The position numbers and the translations under genes are program-made. A stretch of 64,000 nucleotides of DNA from Malacoraja senta (taxonomy: Eukaryota), in contig CM075983.1 of the NCBI GenBank assembly GCA_038087875.1, positions 24,614,001 through 24,678,000 of the forward strand. The letters are read 5' to 3'. Shown one piece after another: positions 1 to 11,537 of this stretch; position 1 is the stretch's first letter; every line of letters starts with the position of its first letter. The notes beneath the pieces are model-generated. The model had not been told where the DNA came from. It searched no databases and saw only the letters and a list, made by a program, of their open reading frames with translations.

Positions 1-340
1 CAACATACAAATCTACTTTCCCTCACTGTTGACCAGTAAATTAAGACATTGTATGAAAATATTTTCCCTCTTGTTGAGCCTGTTTTTCTAGCACCAATTA
101 TCTGTATCTATCATACAACAATAAATACAATAGCATTTGTTTCGTTGAAATTTTTGATTTGGAACATTTTCTAATTGCTACTCAGCTTTCTCTGCTCTCT
201 TTATCTCAGGACAATTTTTCTAAATCTGTCCAGTTCCTCCCTTTAAATACTTCATGTCCTTTCTATAATGCGGTGACCAAAATTTGTCGTACAGCTCCAG
301 CTGCAGTGGATCTATTCTTTGAGGTTCAAAATAACCTCTG

Positions 341-1365
341 ATTCAGATTTTTTTGTCATATATACACCAGGGTGCTATGAAATTCCTTGTTCGCATGAAA
401 CTCATGGAGTAAATGGTATACGTGTGAATGATAAAAACAACAGATTAAAATAGCAGAATGGTGCAATCTGAAATAGTACAAAAGAATACCAAAGTGCAAT
501 CATGGAATGACCTAATGAGGTAGAATTAAGTGAGAGCATGTGGCAGTACCTCGGAGAATGGAATGTCAAAGAGGTGATTGGTTCAGGAGTTTGATAACAG
601 TGAGGAAGAAGCTGTTCTTGTCTGAATGTCTGGACATTCCTGGATCTTCTCCCGGAAGGTAGAAATGTGAAAAGGGAATGACCAGGGTCCTGACCCAATG
701 CATCATGAAGATAGAAGGAAGTGACAAGCTTATGATGGACTGGACAGTGTTCACCACTTTCTGCAAGTTCAGGTGGTGAAGAGCAGAGCAGTTGCCATGC
801 CAGGCTGAGATGCAACCTGTCAGAATACATTGTATAGTGCATCTGTAGAAGTTTGGGAGAACCCTCGTGGACATGCCAAATCTTCTCAGATACCTAGAAT
901 GTAAATATGCTGAAATGCTTTCTTGATCACATTGGTGTGAAGGGTCCAGGATATTTTCCTGATGATATGGATGCCGAGGAACATGAAGCTATTGACCATC
1001 TCTACGACAGCTCTGTTGATGACACAGGGTTGTGTTCAGCAGTCTGCTTCTTTGGGTCAGTTATAAACTCTATTGCTGTGTTGAAGTTAAGGACTAGGTT
1101 ATAATTTTGACACCATGACATGCGGTTCCTGACCTCTTTTCTCTACTCCACTTTATTGTTGTTGATCCAGCCAACAACAGTGGTGTAATTGGTGATCATA
1201 AAGAGTCGGTGTTGTACATGGCCACACAGTCCTGGATGTACAGGGTGTAAAGTAGGAGACTGAGCACACCTCCCTGAGGAGTACCATTGTTAAGGGTCAG
1301 GATCGAGCAAATGTTATGACTAATCCTAACTGACTGAGGTCTGCTGGTCAGCAAGTCTAGAAATC
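341..1365 (-). mobile_element. Decayed Rex1/Babar-type LINE, RT 3' half and tail
   Basis: Minus strand reads LTLNNGTPQGGVLSLLLYTLYIQDCVAM (RT motif), WCQNYNLVLN, and ILTGCISAWHGNC...LQKVVNTVQSI (ORF 566..874). Contains stops and frameshifts. Confidence 0.7.
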
Positions 1366-1418
1366 GGTCCAGCTTGTTTCATTGCTCAATGCATTTCTTC
1401 CAAAGGCTAATATCTTAT

Positions 1419-2127
1419 CATAGAGTCACAGAGTCTGACAGCATGGAAACAGGCCCTTCAGCCCAAATTGCTCACACCGGCTAACATGTCCCATCTACAC
1501 TAGTCCCACCTACCTGCGTTTGGCCCATATCCCTCTAAACCTGTCCTATCCATGTACCTGCCTAAATTTTTCTTAAACGTTGCGATGGTACCTTCCTCAA
1601 GTACCTCCCCTGGCAGCTCGTTCCATACACATACCAGCCTTTGAGTGAAAAAGTTACGCCTCAGTATCTTATTAAAACTTTCCCCCTCACCTTAAACTTA
1701 TGTACTCTGGTTCTCGATTCCCCTACTCTGGAGACTGTGCGTCTACACGATCAATTCCTCTCATGATTTTATATACCTATAAGATCATCCCTCATCCTCC
1801 TGTGCTCCAAGGAATCCTTGCTTGCTCAACCTCTCCCCATAGCTTAGGCTCTCCAGTCCTGGCAACATCCTCGTAAATCTTATCTGCACCCTTTCCAGCT
1901 TGACATCTTTCCTTAACATGTGCCCAAAACTGAACACAATACTCTAAATGCGTCTCACCAACGTCTTACACAACTGCAACATGACCTCCCAATGCTCTGA
2001 CTGATGAAGGCCAATGTGCCAAAAGCCTTTTTAACCACCCTATCTACCTGTGATGCCACTTTCAACGAACGATGTACCTGTACTACTGGATCCCTCTGCT
2101 CTACAACACTCCCCAGAGCCCTACACA
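1419..2127 (-). mobile_element. 5'-truncated CR1 LINE 3' end
   Basis: Reverse-oriented CR1 3' UTR (catagagtca...ggaaacaggcccttcagccca...) followed by decayed ORF2 C-terminal sequence. Confidence 0.75.
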
Positions 2128-3597
2128 TTCTTTAATTACTTTGTCAACCTATCCTTTCTCCTTCAGACATTTGTGTGTGTATATATAAGCATCCACTCTC
2201 TTCCGGCTATAGAATTGCACATTTTATATTATGCCTTAACTCAATGTTAATTGCACTTTTGAAATATTTTATAATTTGCTATTTTTAAACTGGTGCTTTG
2301 CACTTCCGAGTCATTAATATGCACCAAGAAATATTCAGTGCTGGCAAATTGGCAAATACCACCATGTTATCTTCCTTCGCCCCAGAGGTTAATTCATCTT
2401 AATCTTGAATTTTAATTCATCTGATAGATTTTCTGTCTTTAAACCACTTCAATAATCAAAATATAGAATCACCTTTGAACAAAGGCTTTATTGTAGTTTG
2501 GACTTCAGGTCTGAAACCAGACCAAAATCGATGGGCAAATTAATGGTGAGCAGGTTACTTTCTTTGTTTTGAATACAATTGACATAATTAACAAACCATG
2601 CAAAATTATATACAGTATTTATGTGCAGATGTATTCAGGCAATTTTACTAGGCAACTACAATTTTACTAAGAAGCCAGCTAATCTTTGTGTGGGTCATCA
2701 ACACTACTGATGTGTGTTATCAAGCACATTGCGGCTTTTATGTCCCATTTACTCAGCTACTTAATAGCACGTTGAGTGAGCCAAATCAGCTGAACACTGG
2801 TATTTATGATTTGGGAACATCATGAAAACAAGAAATTGCTTTGAAAAACATTTTTTGGACCATATATGTTCTGGTGTGGTTGATTAAGTTGTATTTGTCC
2901 TGTTCTGTAAAATTATACTTGATTAAAGATAATTTTACACATTCTCCAACCTGTCTGCTAAATTCAGACATACCTCTTCGTGTAGAAAAGATGTCTTTTG
3001 GTGATGTTGATATCCACCATTTTGGGTTGATCCCACTTCCTGGTTCTTGGTCCAATACCTTGCAGCTTGATGCTTAACCATTCTCCAATGTAATGCCTGC
3101 ACCAGAATGATCAGTTTTATAACCTCCTATCAATGGATGAGTATGTGAGCTTAACGCATTCATTTTAGTTCCCTTTAGCATGTAATGGTTTGATATTTTC
3201 AAAATCAGCAGTAGTTATACGTACTGCATAAAGTTTTAAATGCACCTGTTTTGGAAATTCCAGCTGAAAAGGCTTGAGGAATGGAAGGTCAATATTGTGA
3301 CATAAAGATCCATTGAAAATTCAGACGGAGCCTAATTAAATATTGAGGTATGTTAAATCTAAATCTTCTGCTTTTGCTTGCAAGTTTATTCATTCTTGTT
3401 TGCATTTGTTAATACAAATATTATAAACTGATTTTTTTTTTAAGGCAAAACAGGCCATATGAAATAAAGACAGAAAAGCTGAAAATATTCAGCAATCCAG
3501 GCAGCACCTGTGGAAAGTGAAACAGAAATCTTATTTCAGTTTGATGTCCAATTATCAGAATTAGAAAAGACACATAACTAATTTTGTGAGCTTACAG

Positions 3598-3989
3598 AGA
3601 ACGGCTGCAGAACATTCTGGAGGGGGAGGGTGAACAGCCAGTTGTCGTGTTGCACATTGGCACCAACGATATAGGTAAAAAAAAAGGGATGAGGTCCTAC
3701 AAGGTGAATTTAGGGAGCTAGGAGATAAACTTAAAAGTAGGACCTCAAAGGTAATAATCTCTGGATTACTACCAGTACCACGGGCTAGTCAGAGTAGAAA
3801 TAGGAGGATATTGCAGATGAATACGTGGCTTGAAAAATGGTGCAAGGGGGGTTCATATTTCTAGGGCATTGGAACCAGTTCTGGGGGAGGTGGGACCAGT
3901 ACAAACAGGACGGTCAGCACCTGGGCTGGAATGGAACCAATGTCCTTGGGGGAGTGTTTGCTAGTGCTGTCGAGGAGGATTTAAACTAA
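3598..3989 (+). pseudogene. CR1 ORF1 C-terminal SGNH esterase-like domain (frameshifted)
   Basis: Reads ERLQNILEGEGEQPVVVLHIGTNDIG...VIISGLLPVP...MNTWLEKWC...DGQHLG...SAVEEDLN*; stop TAA at 3987-3989. Confidence 0.85.
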
Positions 3990-6900
3990 TGTGGCAGGGG
4001 GATGGGTGCAAGAGCAGAGAGGCAGAGGGGTGTAAAATGAGGGTAGAAGCAATAGGTAGCAAGGTGAAAAGTAAAAGTGGCAGGCAGACAAATCCAGGGC
4101 AAAAATCAAAAAGGGCCACTTTTCAACATAATTGTATAAAGGGTAAGAGTGTTGTAAAAACAAGCCTGAAGGCTTTGTATCTTAATGCAAGGAGCATTCG
4201 TAATAACGTGGATCAGTTGAATGTGCAGATAGTTATTAATGAATATGATATAGTTGGGATCACGGAGACATGGCTCCAGGGTGACCAAGGCTGGGAGCTG
4301 AACATCCAGGGATATTCAATATTCAGGAGGGATAGACAGAAAGGAAAAGGAGGCGGGGTAGCGTTGCTGGTTAGAGAGGAGATTAACGCAATAGAAAGGA
4401 AAGACATTAGCTTGGAGGATGTGGAATCGATATGGGTAGAGCTGCGAAACACTAAAAGGCAGAAAACGCTAGTGGGAGTTGTGTACAGGCCACCTAACAG
4501 TAGTAGTGGAGTTGGGGATGGCATCAAACAGGAAATTAGAAATGCGTGCAACAAAGGTAAAACAATTATAATGGGTGACTTCAATCTACATATAGATTGG
4601 GTGAATCAAATTGACAGGGGTGCTGAGGAAGAGGATTTCTTGGAATGTATGCGGGATAGTTTTCTAAACCAACATGTAGAGGAATCAACGAGAGAGCAGG
4701 CTATTCTAGACTGGGTATTGAGTAATGAGGAAGGGTTAGTTAGCATTCTTGTTGTGCATGGCCCCTTGGGCAAGAGTGACCATAATATGGTTGAGTTCTT
4801 CATTAGGATGGAGAGTGACATTGTTAATTCAGAAACAAGGGTCCTGAACTTAAAGAAAGGTGACTTTGAGGGTATGAGACGTGAATTGGCCAAGATAGAC
4901 AAATGATTCTTAAAGGATTGGCAAATGATTCTTAAAGGGTTGACGGTGGATATGCAATGGAAGTCATTTAAAAACTGCATGGATGAACTACAACAATTGT
5001 TCATCCCAGTTTGGCAAAAGAATAAATCGGGGAAGGTAGTGCATCCGTGGATAACAAGGGAAATCAGGGATAGTATCAAAACAAAAGACGAAGTGTACAA
5101 ATTAGCCAGAAAAAGCAGCCTACCAGAGGACTGGGAGAAATTCAGCAGAGGAGGACAAAAGGCTTAATTAGGAAAGGGAAAATAGATTATGAAACTGGCA
5201 GGGAACATAAAAACTGACTGCAAAAGTTTTTATAGATATGTGAAGAGGAAAAGATTAGTTAAAACAAATGTAGGTCCCTTGCAGTCAGAAACAGGTGAAT
5301 TGATCATGGGGAACAAGGACATGGCAGACCAATTGAATAACTACTTTGGTTCTGTCTTCATTAAGGAAGACATAAATAATCTGGCGGAAATAGCAAGGGA
5401 CTGGGGGTTAAATGAGATGGAGGAACTATGAAATCCAGGTTAGCCGGGAAGTGGTGTTAGGTAAATTGAATGGATTAAAGGCCGATAAATCCCCAGGGCC
5501 AGATAAGTTGCATCCCAGAGTACTTAAGGAAGTAGCCGCAGAAATAGTGGATGCATTAGTGATCATTTTTCAAAACTCTTTAGATTCTGGAGTAGTTCCT
5601 GAGGACTGGAGAGTAACTAATGTAACCCCACTTTTTAAAAAGGGAGGGAGAGAGAAAACGGGGAATTACAGACCAGTTAGTCTAATATCGGTGGCGGGGA
5701 AAATTCTGGAGTCAGTTATTAAAGATGGGATAGCAGCACATTTGGAAAGTGGTGAATTCATTGGACAAAGTCAGCATGGATTTATGAAAGGTAAATCATG
5801 TCTGACGAATCTTATAGAATTTTTCGAGGATGTAACTAGTAGAGTGGATAAGGGAGAACCAGTGGATGTGTTATATCTGGACTTTCAGAAGGCTTTCGAC
5901 AAGGTCCCACATAAGAGATTAGTATGCAAACTTAAAGCACACGGTATTGGGGGTTCAGTATTGATGTGGATAGAGAACTGGCTGGCAGACAGGAAGCAAA
6001 GAGTAGGAGTAAACGGGTCCTTTTCAGAATGGCAGGCAGTGACTAGTGGGGTACCGCAAGGCTCGGTGCTGGGACCCCAGCTATTTACAATATATATTAA
6101 TGAGCTGGATGAGGGAATTGAATGCAACATCTCCAAGTTTGCGGATGACACGAAGCTGGGGGGCAGTGTTAGCCGTGAGGAGGATGCTAGGAGGCTGCAA
6201 GGTGACTTGGATAGGTTGGGTGAGTGGGCAAATGCATGGCAGATGCAGTATAATGTGGATAAATGTGAGGTTATCCACTTTGGTGGCAAAAACAGGAAAG
6301 TAGACTATTATCTGAATGGTGGCCGATTAGGAAAAGGGGAGATGCAACGAGACCTGGGTGTCATGGTACACCAGTCATTGAAAGTAGGCATGCAGGTGCA
6401 GCAGGCAGTGAAGAAAGCAAATGGTATGTTAGCATTCATAGCAAAAGGATTTGAGTATAAGAGCAGGGAGGTTCTACTGCAGTTGTACAGGGCCTTGGTG
6501 AGACCACACCTTGAGTATTGCATACCGTTTTGGTCTCCTAATCTGAGGAAAGACATTCTTGCCATAGAGGGAGTACAGAGAAGGTTCACCAGACTGATTC
6601 CTGGGATGGCAGGACTTTCATATGAAGAAAGACTGGATAGACTCGACTTGTACACGCTAGAATTTAGAAGATTGAGGGGGGATCTTATAGAAACGTACAA
6701 AATTCTTAAGGGGTTGGACAGGCTAGATGCAGGAAGATTATTCCTGATGTTGGGGAAGTCCAGAACAAGGGGCCACAGTTTAAGGATAAGAGGGAAGTCT
6801 TTTAGGACCGAGATGAGAAAATCATTTTTTACACAGAGAGTGATGAATCTGTGGAATTCTCTGCCACATAAGGTAGTTGAGACTAGTTCATTGGCTATAT

Positions 6901-6995
6901 TTAAGAGGGAGTTAGATGTGGCCCTTGTGGCTAAAGGGATCAGGGGTATGGAGAGAAGGCAGGGATGGGATACTGAGTTGGATGATCAGCCATGA
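3989..6995 (+). pseudogene. CR1 ORF2 (APE endonuclease + reverse transcriptase), broken into four ORFs
   Basis: ORFs 3989-4906 (YLNARS, GITETW, YRPP, MGDFN, SDH), 4925-5167, 5189-5431 and 5412-6995 (KSPGPD, NYRPVSL, LDFQKAFD, QGSVLGP, FADDTK). Confidence 0.92.
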
Positions 6996-7936
6996 TCATA
7001 TCGAATGGCAGTGCAGGCTCAAAGGGCCGAATGGTCTACTCCTGCACCTATTTTCTATGTTTCTATGGAAGGGAAGAAACAAACTACTGCAGGAACTTGG
7101 TGGATCAGATAGGTGAGAAACACTCAAAGGGACTTGACTCAAAGTTGGTTGTTCTGTTCTCTCCACAGAAGCAGCCTGGCTTCCTATGTTTATCCAGCAA
7201 TTATTTTTGTTCCACATTCCAGGCTTTTCAGTTTATAATGTCTTCATGGAGAACATCTGTGATTGGGCCATAGTTCTAATTGTGCCATTGATTCACTTGT
7301 TATGAATTCTGTATACTTGGATAAAGTGTCTTCAGTGTTCCTTTTTAACCATTTATCCCTTTTTGTGATGCAAATGGAGGTATACTTTTTTGTGTGCTCT
7401 ATCTGTTCCTGATCAAAATTTGGTTTGATTCTGTTCCAGTCTAATTCAAGTGAAGCCATCGCAATGGGACAGCTCGCTTTTCCCTTTGTACTGGTGAAAG
7501 TGCTCAGACACTGAATCCACTTTGCCCGCATCTATCTCTGAACCACACATTTAGCTCTCTGATTTATCAATCTACTTTGATTCAAGATATATTTGCAAAC
7601 CTATTTCACGTGGCAGCTTGTCCAATGATTAATTCCATTGTAACAAAGTTATAAGGGAAATTACTTAATTTGCTTTATATTGCATCTTCTGCGGGTGGTG
7701 CCACAGTAACCCCAATTTTTTGTATTATCCAGATTGAAAGTCTTATTGATCCCATGCTGCAGCTAACTCTGTCTTTGTGTGCCTAATTGGGAGCAAACTG
7801 TGATATAAATTACATTAAATGATGTTTGACTTTAAAATGGGTTTTGAATTATAAACCTCATGTTCTTAATTCCTAACTGTGATGTTACTGTTAAAGGATC
7901 AGTAATGCATTAATATTCGGGTCAATTTGGGTCAAT

Positions 7937-8224
7937 TATAGCGGAACCGGACGTGGTGAATAAAGGTGAGACGTCAGGTCGGTTCAAAGAGTCGTTTATT
8001 CAGTGCTGACACGTTAGGTTGGTGCCGACTATCATAACAGTGTTGCTGTAGCTGAGCGAGGTTGTTCCCTCGGGCTCAGCTACCGGTTGAACACCTGGTG
8101 GTCTCGAGGTGAGATGACCTTAAGTACCAGGACACTCCCTCTAGCCCATGACGTCACGTGCCCGCCCTCGTACTTCCTGACGAGGGTTCGAGCATAAGCG
8201 GCCCGTGTATAGGCTGCCGCCACA
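7937..8224 (-). repeat. 3' LTR (288 bp; TGTG...TATA on the minus strand)
   Basis: Direct repeat of 9674-9961; preceded on the minus strand by a G12 polypurine tract (plus-strand C-run 8228-8239). Confidence 0.92.
8119..8186 (-). promoter_or_regulatory. Putative LTR U3 promoter motifs (repeated at 9856-9923)
   Basis: ETS-like (A/G)GGAAGT, GC-box GGGCGG, overlapping CACGTG (8155-8160) and TGACGTCA (8149-8156), TATA-like TACTTAAG (8119-8126); AATAAA further downstream at about 7995-8000. Confidence 0.5.
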
Positions 8225-9658
8225 GGACCCCCCCCCCCCAGAACCAGAGGAAGGAATAGCATGGCCGAGGGCGGCTACTGCATGTGGGTCTGGGACACCC
8301 CGGGCGTGGGTCGGGACGGAGGGCCCACGGGCGCAGTAACGCTCTGCGTGGGCGATCCCGAGGTACCGAGGGGTGCGAGGGGACCGATGCAGAAACCGCC
8401 GGACCGAAGAGACACAGTCGCATCTTCTCGACCAGCTAAGGGAGAGTGTCCTGTGAAATACGGCCCCCAGCAATGGCTGGGAGACGTCGGCATCAATGAG
8501 GGGAAAAAACAAAATAAAATAAACAAACCAATTTCTGAACCGGGCGTTGAGATGCAGTGAACACAAGAGGAACAGTAACAACACAAATTACAGTGCAATC
8601 AGTGTCCAAAGTTCAAATTGTCCAGTGTTCATAGTGCAGGATAGGAAAGCTGTGCAGCGTTGCAGTGACAGCCTCCGACCTGACGGTGGCGCTGTTGCCG
8701 GTAGTCAGGCTGCAGGGACGACATCCAGCTGGAAGGTGGCGCTGTGGACGGCTGTGAGGCTGTAGTGACGGCATCCGGCCGGAAGGTGGCGCTGTGGATG
8801 GCGGTCAGGTGAGTTCGATTTTCTCAGCGGCCATTTTTGTAGTCGGGGCGGCCGCTTGTTCGGGAGGCCGCGGTGGCCATTTTGCCGGCCGGCTGAGGCA
8901 GCCTTCACCAGCAATTGAATCCCTGGGCCGGACAGGCAGCCAGCCAGCGCCCAGGGATCTTCGGAGTCCACGCCGGTGAGGAGGAAAAGGGAGTCTTCGG
9001 CAGGCGCCCCAGGTAAGCCCGCCCTATCGGGTGGCCAGGCCCTCGGCGGCGGCCGGCGGGGCCAGGTGCGGTGCAGGGCGTGGAGCCGTGGCTGCGGTGA
9101 GGCCAGGTGCGGTGCTGGGCGTGGAGCCGCGGCGAGCCTGGGTTGTTCCCTCGGGCTCGCGGTGAGGTGAGGCCGGGGCAGGCCTGAAGCGGAGAGGCCC
9201 GGTGCAGTGCAGGGAATGGAGCCGTGTTCACGGTGCGAGGCCGGGGCCAGATCCGTTGTCGGGAGCGGGAGAACGGCAGGTACTCTCTCTGCTCCCGGGG
9301 CCATCGGGCGTGTGTAGGCATTGCTGTGGGCAGGAGGCTGCTACACTCGCAGCTCCTGCAGCAGCAGCTGGTGGGGCAGCGGCGGCTGGTAAAACCTCTC
9401 CGCTCCGGTAGTCGGCTCCAGGCAGGTCATGCGGGGGAGCTCGGCGGCCGTCACACAAGGCGGCCTGCCCCGTTGCCGTGAGCGGGAGAGCGGCGGCGGC
9501 AGCTGGTGGGGAAGAGGCGGCATCCCAGATGTAGCGGCATACCTCACTGCAGGGCCGGGTTGGCGGCAGCGTAGTTCTGCAGGGCAGGGCAGCCGGCTGT
9601 AGACATCAGGTCTCCCTCCCGAGGCTGCGTGCGTAAAATCCAAATTTCAATTTGGACT

Positions 9659-9672
9659 GTCGGGGGTCACCA
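9659..9672 (-). other. Primer-binding site, tRNA-Trp-like
   Basis: Minus strand TGGTGACCCCCGAC lies 1 nt after the LTR. The tRNA-Trp 3'-end complement is TGGTGACCCCGAC, so there is one extra C here. Confidence 0.75.
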
Positions 9673-9673
9673 A

Positions 9674-9961
9674 TATAGCGGCACCGGACGTGGTGAATAA
9701 AGGTGAGACGTCAGGTCGGTTCAAAGAGTCGTTTATTCAGTGCTGACACGTTAGGTTGGTGCCGACTATCATAACAGTGTTGCTGTAGCTGAGCGAGGTT
9801 GTTCCCTCGGGCTCAGCTACCGGTTGAACACCTGGTGGTCTCGAGGTGAGATGACCTTAAGTACCAGGACACTCCCTCTAGCCCATGACGTCACGTGCCC
9901 GCCCTCGTACTTCCCGACGAGGGTTCGAGCATAAGCGGCCCGTGTATAGGCTGCCGCCACA
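9674..9961 (-). repeat. 5' LTR (288 bp)
   Basis: Direct repeat of 7937-8224; followed on the minus strand by the PBS. Confidence 0.92.
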
Positions 9962-11257
9962 CAATGGTACTTTATTGCCATATGTACCTAGGTACAGTGA
10001 AATTGCTTTTTTGCACAGTTCAGTAAAAATCTTACCATACATCGGTACAATCATACTTAAATAGAAAATTGTAGGAATAATAGATTATACTGAGACAGCA
10101 CACAAGAATCGGCAGGTTAATGGCGCCATTTTGTATGATTGTTAAAAATGTAGCGTCTTAACTTGGCTATAAAGGCCAGCTGTCCTGGTAGCGGCAGTGG
10201 GTTGGGGTTGCAGGGTCAGCTTAGCCAGGTGGACTTGATTGTGTTCTCCACCACTGCTATGCCGCTCTGTGCCGCATCTGATCTGAGCACTCTGCCTTTT
10301 GGAGCGGTGTCTGATCCAATTAAGCCCCAGTCAGCTGCAGGGCCTCCTGCTGCCCATCCAGTCACATGTACTCACGAACGTGCTGTGCCGCTCTTCACAT
10401 GGCCACTGCTCAGCTGCAGTACACTGAGGCGCCACTCACAGTCAACCTGGGAACATCCACTGCGCCTCCGAGGACGCAGAAGGCAAGACCTCAACCCTCA
10501 TACCAGGACTGTTGTTTTCCTGAGTTTGTCCTCGTCGCCATCATGAATCATATTGACATCTGGTCATATTGTCATCGGTTGCCAGGTTGTATACCACTAG
10601 GTAATGCTACTACTTTAGAGTTTTTATTGTAATTGTTTTATTATTCAGAAGTAGTGGTGTAACCTCTTGGATAATTGGAGCAAATTAAGCAAAAATAAGT
10701 GTTGTTTGGGTGAGATTTTTCTGCTGACTTGCACTTCACGGATCAAAAGTCAATTGACCAGGCTGAATTACTTTGTGTCAAATTGATGATACTCAATTTC
10801 TTTCATGATATTAATTAAGCAGAACAGATGACTTTGAAATATTACTATTTGCAAAAACAGTGCAACCAAAAAGCTTTCTGCATTGTATCCCCTACCTTGC
10901 ACTTCTGAGAAACTCCCCTTGCCTTGATTTAATGGTGAACATTCCTGTCCACTTCAAGATGAGGCTGAGTTTAGCTTTTGGGATTATAATAGTTAAATTA
11001 CTAAAATAGTTAAATTAAAATAGTTAAATAGTTAAAGATTGATAAAAGTCTTGTTTAAAATCTTACATGGTCATGGATAAAATAAACCATATTAAAAGTT
11101 TGCTCATAATTTAATCCAAATCACTTCAATGAAAAAAGTCATCGAAGAATTGTTTCTTAATTGGATTGCATGCACAATATGCCTTAAGTATTGAATGTGT
11201 GTATTACCTAAAATAATTAATATTCCCAGAATTTTACGATATAGATTGTGAATACAT

Positions 11258-11537
11258 GAGCAAAAAACAAACTGCTGGAGGAAGAGATATTTTTTTAATT
11301 GAGACTCAAACTGCAGGTGCAGTATTCTTGAGCTAGAAACAAGCTTCTGGAAGAACTCAGCAAGTCGGGCAGCATCTGTAGAGAGAAATGATAGGTGTAT
11401 TTCAGATTGGAACTGAGGAAGGGTCCTGCCCTGAAATCCGCCTGTCCATTCCCTCCACAGATGTGCCTGAACCGCTGAGTTCCGCCAGCAGTTTGTTTTT
11501 CAGTCAAGATTCCAGCTGTTGGAGTCTGTTGTGTCTC
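11258..11537. mobile_element. Old Penelope pseudo-LTR-derived fold-back element
   Basis: aaactgctggaggaa/gaactcagc...gcagcatctg arms are inverted relative to ...gctgagttccgccagcagttt; degenerate hammerhead core ctgagga...gaaa at 11413-11436. Confidence 0.6.

Larger units (their letters stand above)
3598..7067 (+). mobile_element. CR1 LINE, 5'-truncated within ORF1, with nearly complete ORF2
   Basis: SGNH esterase ORF1 remnant, APE endonuclease, RT (QGSVLGP, FADD) and short-repeat tail ttctatgtttctatg ending at about 7067. Confidence 0.95.
7937..9961 (-). mobile_element. Non-autonomous Gypsy-like LTR retrotransposon, 2025 bp, very young
   Basis: Two 288-bp LTRs differing at 2 positions by my reading; 4-bp TSD CAAT (7933-7936 / 9962-9965); primer-binding site (PBS) and polypurine tract (PPT) in minus orientation; no RT, RNase H or integrase core. 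Confidence 0.92.

Noticed and set aside
3264-3347. Exon-like segment (ttccag...GAG/gtatgt)
   Set aside because: Stops in all three frames. A non-coding exon cannot be supported without transcript data.
4106-6700. Minus-strand ORFs overlapping the CR1
   Set aside because: Antisense shadows of ORF2.
8080-9481. Numerous overlapping ORFs in the LTR element
   Set aside because: Expected from very high GC content; no recognisable domain.
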